Origin: Tubiluchus corallicola
Taxonomy: Eukaryota > Animalia > Priapulida
Reading direction: 5' to 3'
Assembly (NCBI GenBank): GCA_030141605.1
Contig: JAQGDQ010000125.1
Location: 434,001-498,000 of the forward strand
DNA: 64,000 nucleotides
Notes under the pieces: generated by a model
The model's database searches: none
What the model saw: only the letters and a program-made list of their open reading frames with translations
What the model was told of the DNA's origin: nothing
In this document: positions 62,735 through 64,000 of the stretch, one piece after another
How positions within the stretch are numbered: the stretch's first letter is position 1
How the letters are laid out: every line of letters starts with the position of its first letter
Program-made: the position numbers and the translations under genes

Positions 62735-64000
62735 GTATGATTTAAAGCGAGATAATTTACCTTTTCAGCATTTTTTGCATCACGTTGGGTCACTTTTAAT
62801 ATTTTCGAAACTTTTATCCACTTGTAATACTTTTAAAGAATCGTGAATGCCTTCCTTTCTTAACAATTATATGTTGTATATAGTCTTTTTATTGTACCAG
62901 ACATACATACATGATTATTTTTTCGCCTAGTCATTTGTGAATATGTCATCCTCGAAATTCGGCTTGAATATTTTTAATATACTAGATTTTTTTTCGTTTA
63001 TTAACATTAGCATTGTTTGCTTTTTTGGCTAATCCAAATTTTAAGTTTATGAAACTCGTGTTGTAATGTATATTTTATGAACATGCAGAATTTTCCAATT
63101 CGTTAATAATATGCACACTATCGCTCTAAATGTAACATTGCGTATATTGCATTGGCCCCTACCTTACGCGCTTGTAAACTTACAACAGAGAGCTGTCACC
63201 TGTCTGGATCAGCAGAAGTTTAAGTGCTTTGGCATAATGCACCATAACAACGTAATTGTTAGTAAGCCAGCTATTTAGATTAACCACCAAATGTCAACAA
63301 CAGCTTGGAATTTATGAAAAGCGATGCCAACTCCTTCCTTGGCGGCTCATCTTTGATTCGCTGCCCATCTGTTATCAGTTAAATTTAGTGTTTAAGGGTT
63401 GGATTCTTTTTTACGGTGTCATTAGAAGTAGTGGAGTTACGCGGGTAGGGTATGATATCCCATAATAAATAATATCGTGTAGGAGAAGAATATTGTACAC
63501 GCATGCTGGTTTTATAAATCTTTCCCACGGTTTCACTTTCTGATATTCTTAATAGTTTAGTGCCAGTTTAAAACTAAAGTACTATCGATGATTTTGGGTA
63601 TAGAAATTATAACCATTATTTTAAAGAAGCTATTTGAATTTTTAATATTCTGTGCAATTTATGTAATATTTTATGTTCAACCTTTCAAAATTAGTTCTGT
63701 TCTCGTTTTATGACTTAATTCTATGTTGCTGAGCATGCCACTCCGGTCTCTACTTCTGTTCCCATGCTCGACTTGGTACTTAGACTTTGATAGACATTTT
63801 TTAGCTTTGATACTTAAATTTAGTTCATGATCAGTCTAGCAAATCCCGCTAATCTTAACAAGGAGTAAAAATTGCTAGCATAATAAACCGAGACTAAGAC
63901 GCAGACAAACAAATATCCGTACAAAAAATAAACTAACAAACATGTGACAAGCAAGTGATGGATAGACGAAAATAACAGATTCTTGTTTGATTTTTTTGTA

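Overview
AT-rich, intron-containing animal genomic DNA, most likely from an invertebrate. The species cannot be determined from this window. I assembled six genes by hand from GT-AG junctions and reading-frame continuity: HELLS/LSH (minus strand, 5' part, running off the left edge); an LMTK/AATK-family membrane kinase (+, 9 coding exons, 1044 aa); CCZ1 (-, 12 exons, 462 aa); PSMD11/Rpn6 (+, 10 coding exons, 421-424 aa); intronless CDK5R1/p35 (+, 296 aa); and the 5' end of a cytohesin Arf-GEF (+, running off the right edge). Introns and intergenic DNA hold MITEs (one hAT-type with a perfect 8-bp TSD), HINE-like elements, LINE relics and microsatellites. Four observations stand out. (1) The LMTK has a degenerate catalytic loop (CNDIALRT) and amphiphysin-like FxDxF motifs, so it may be a pseudokinase endocytic scaffold. 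(2) LMTK-CCZ1-PSMD11-p35-cytohesin looks like an ancient microsyntenic block that places a kinase near its known regulator p35. (3) A LINE ORF1-only element is bracketed by inverted repeats. (4) Cytohesin has a candidate alternative first exon. Gene names rest on recalled motif similarity, not on database searches.
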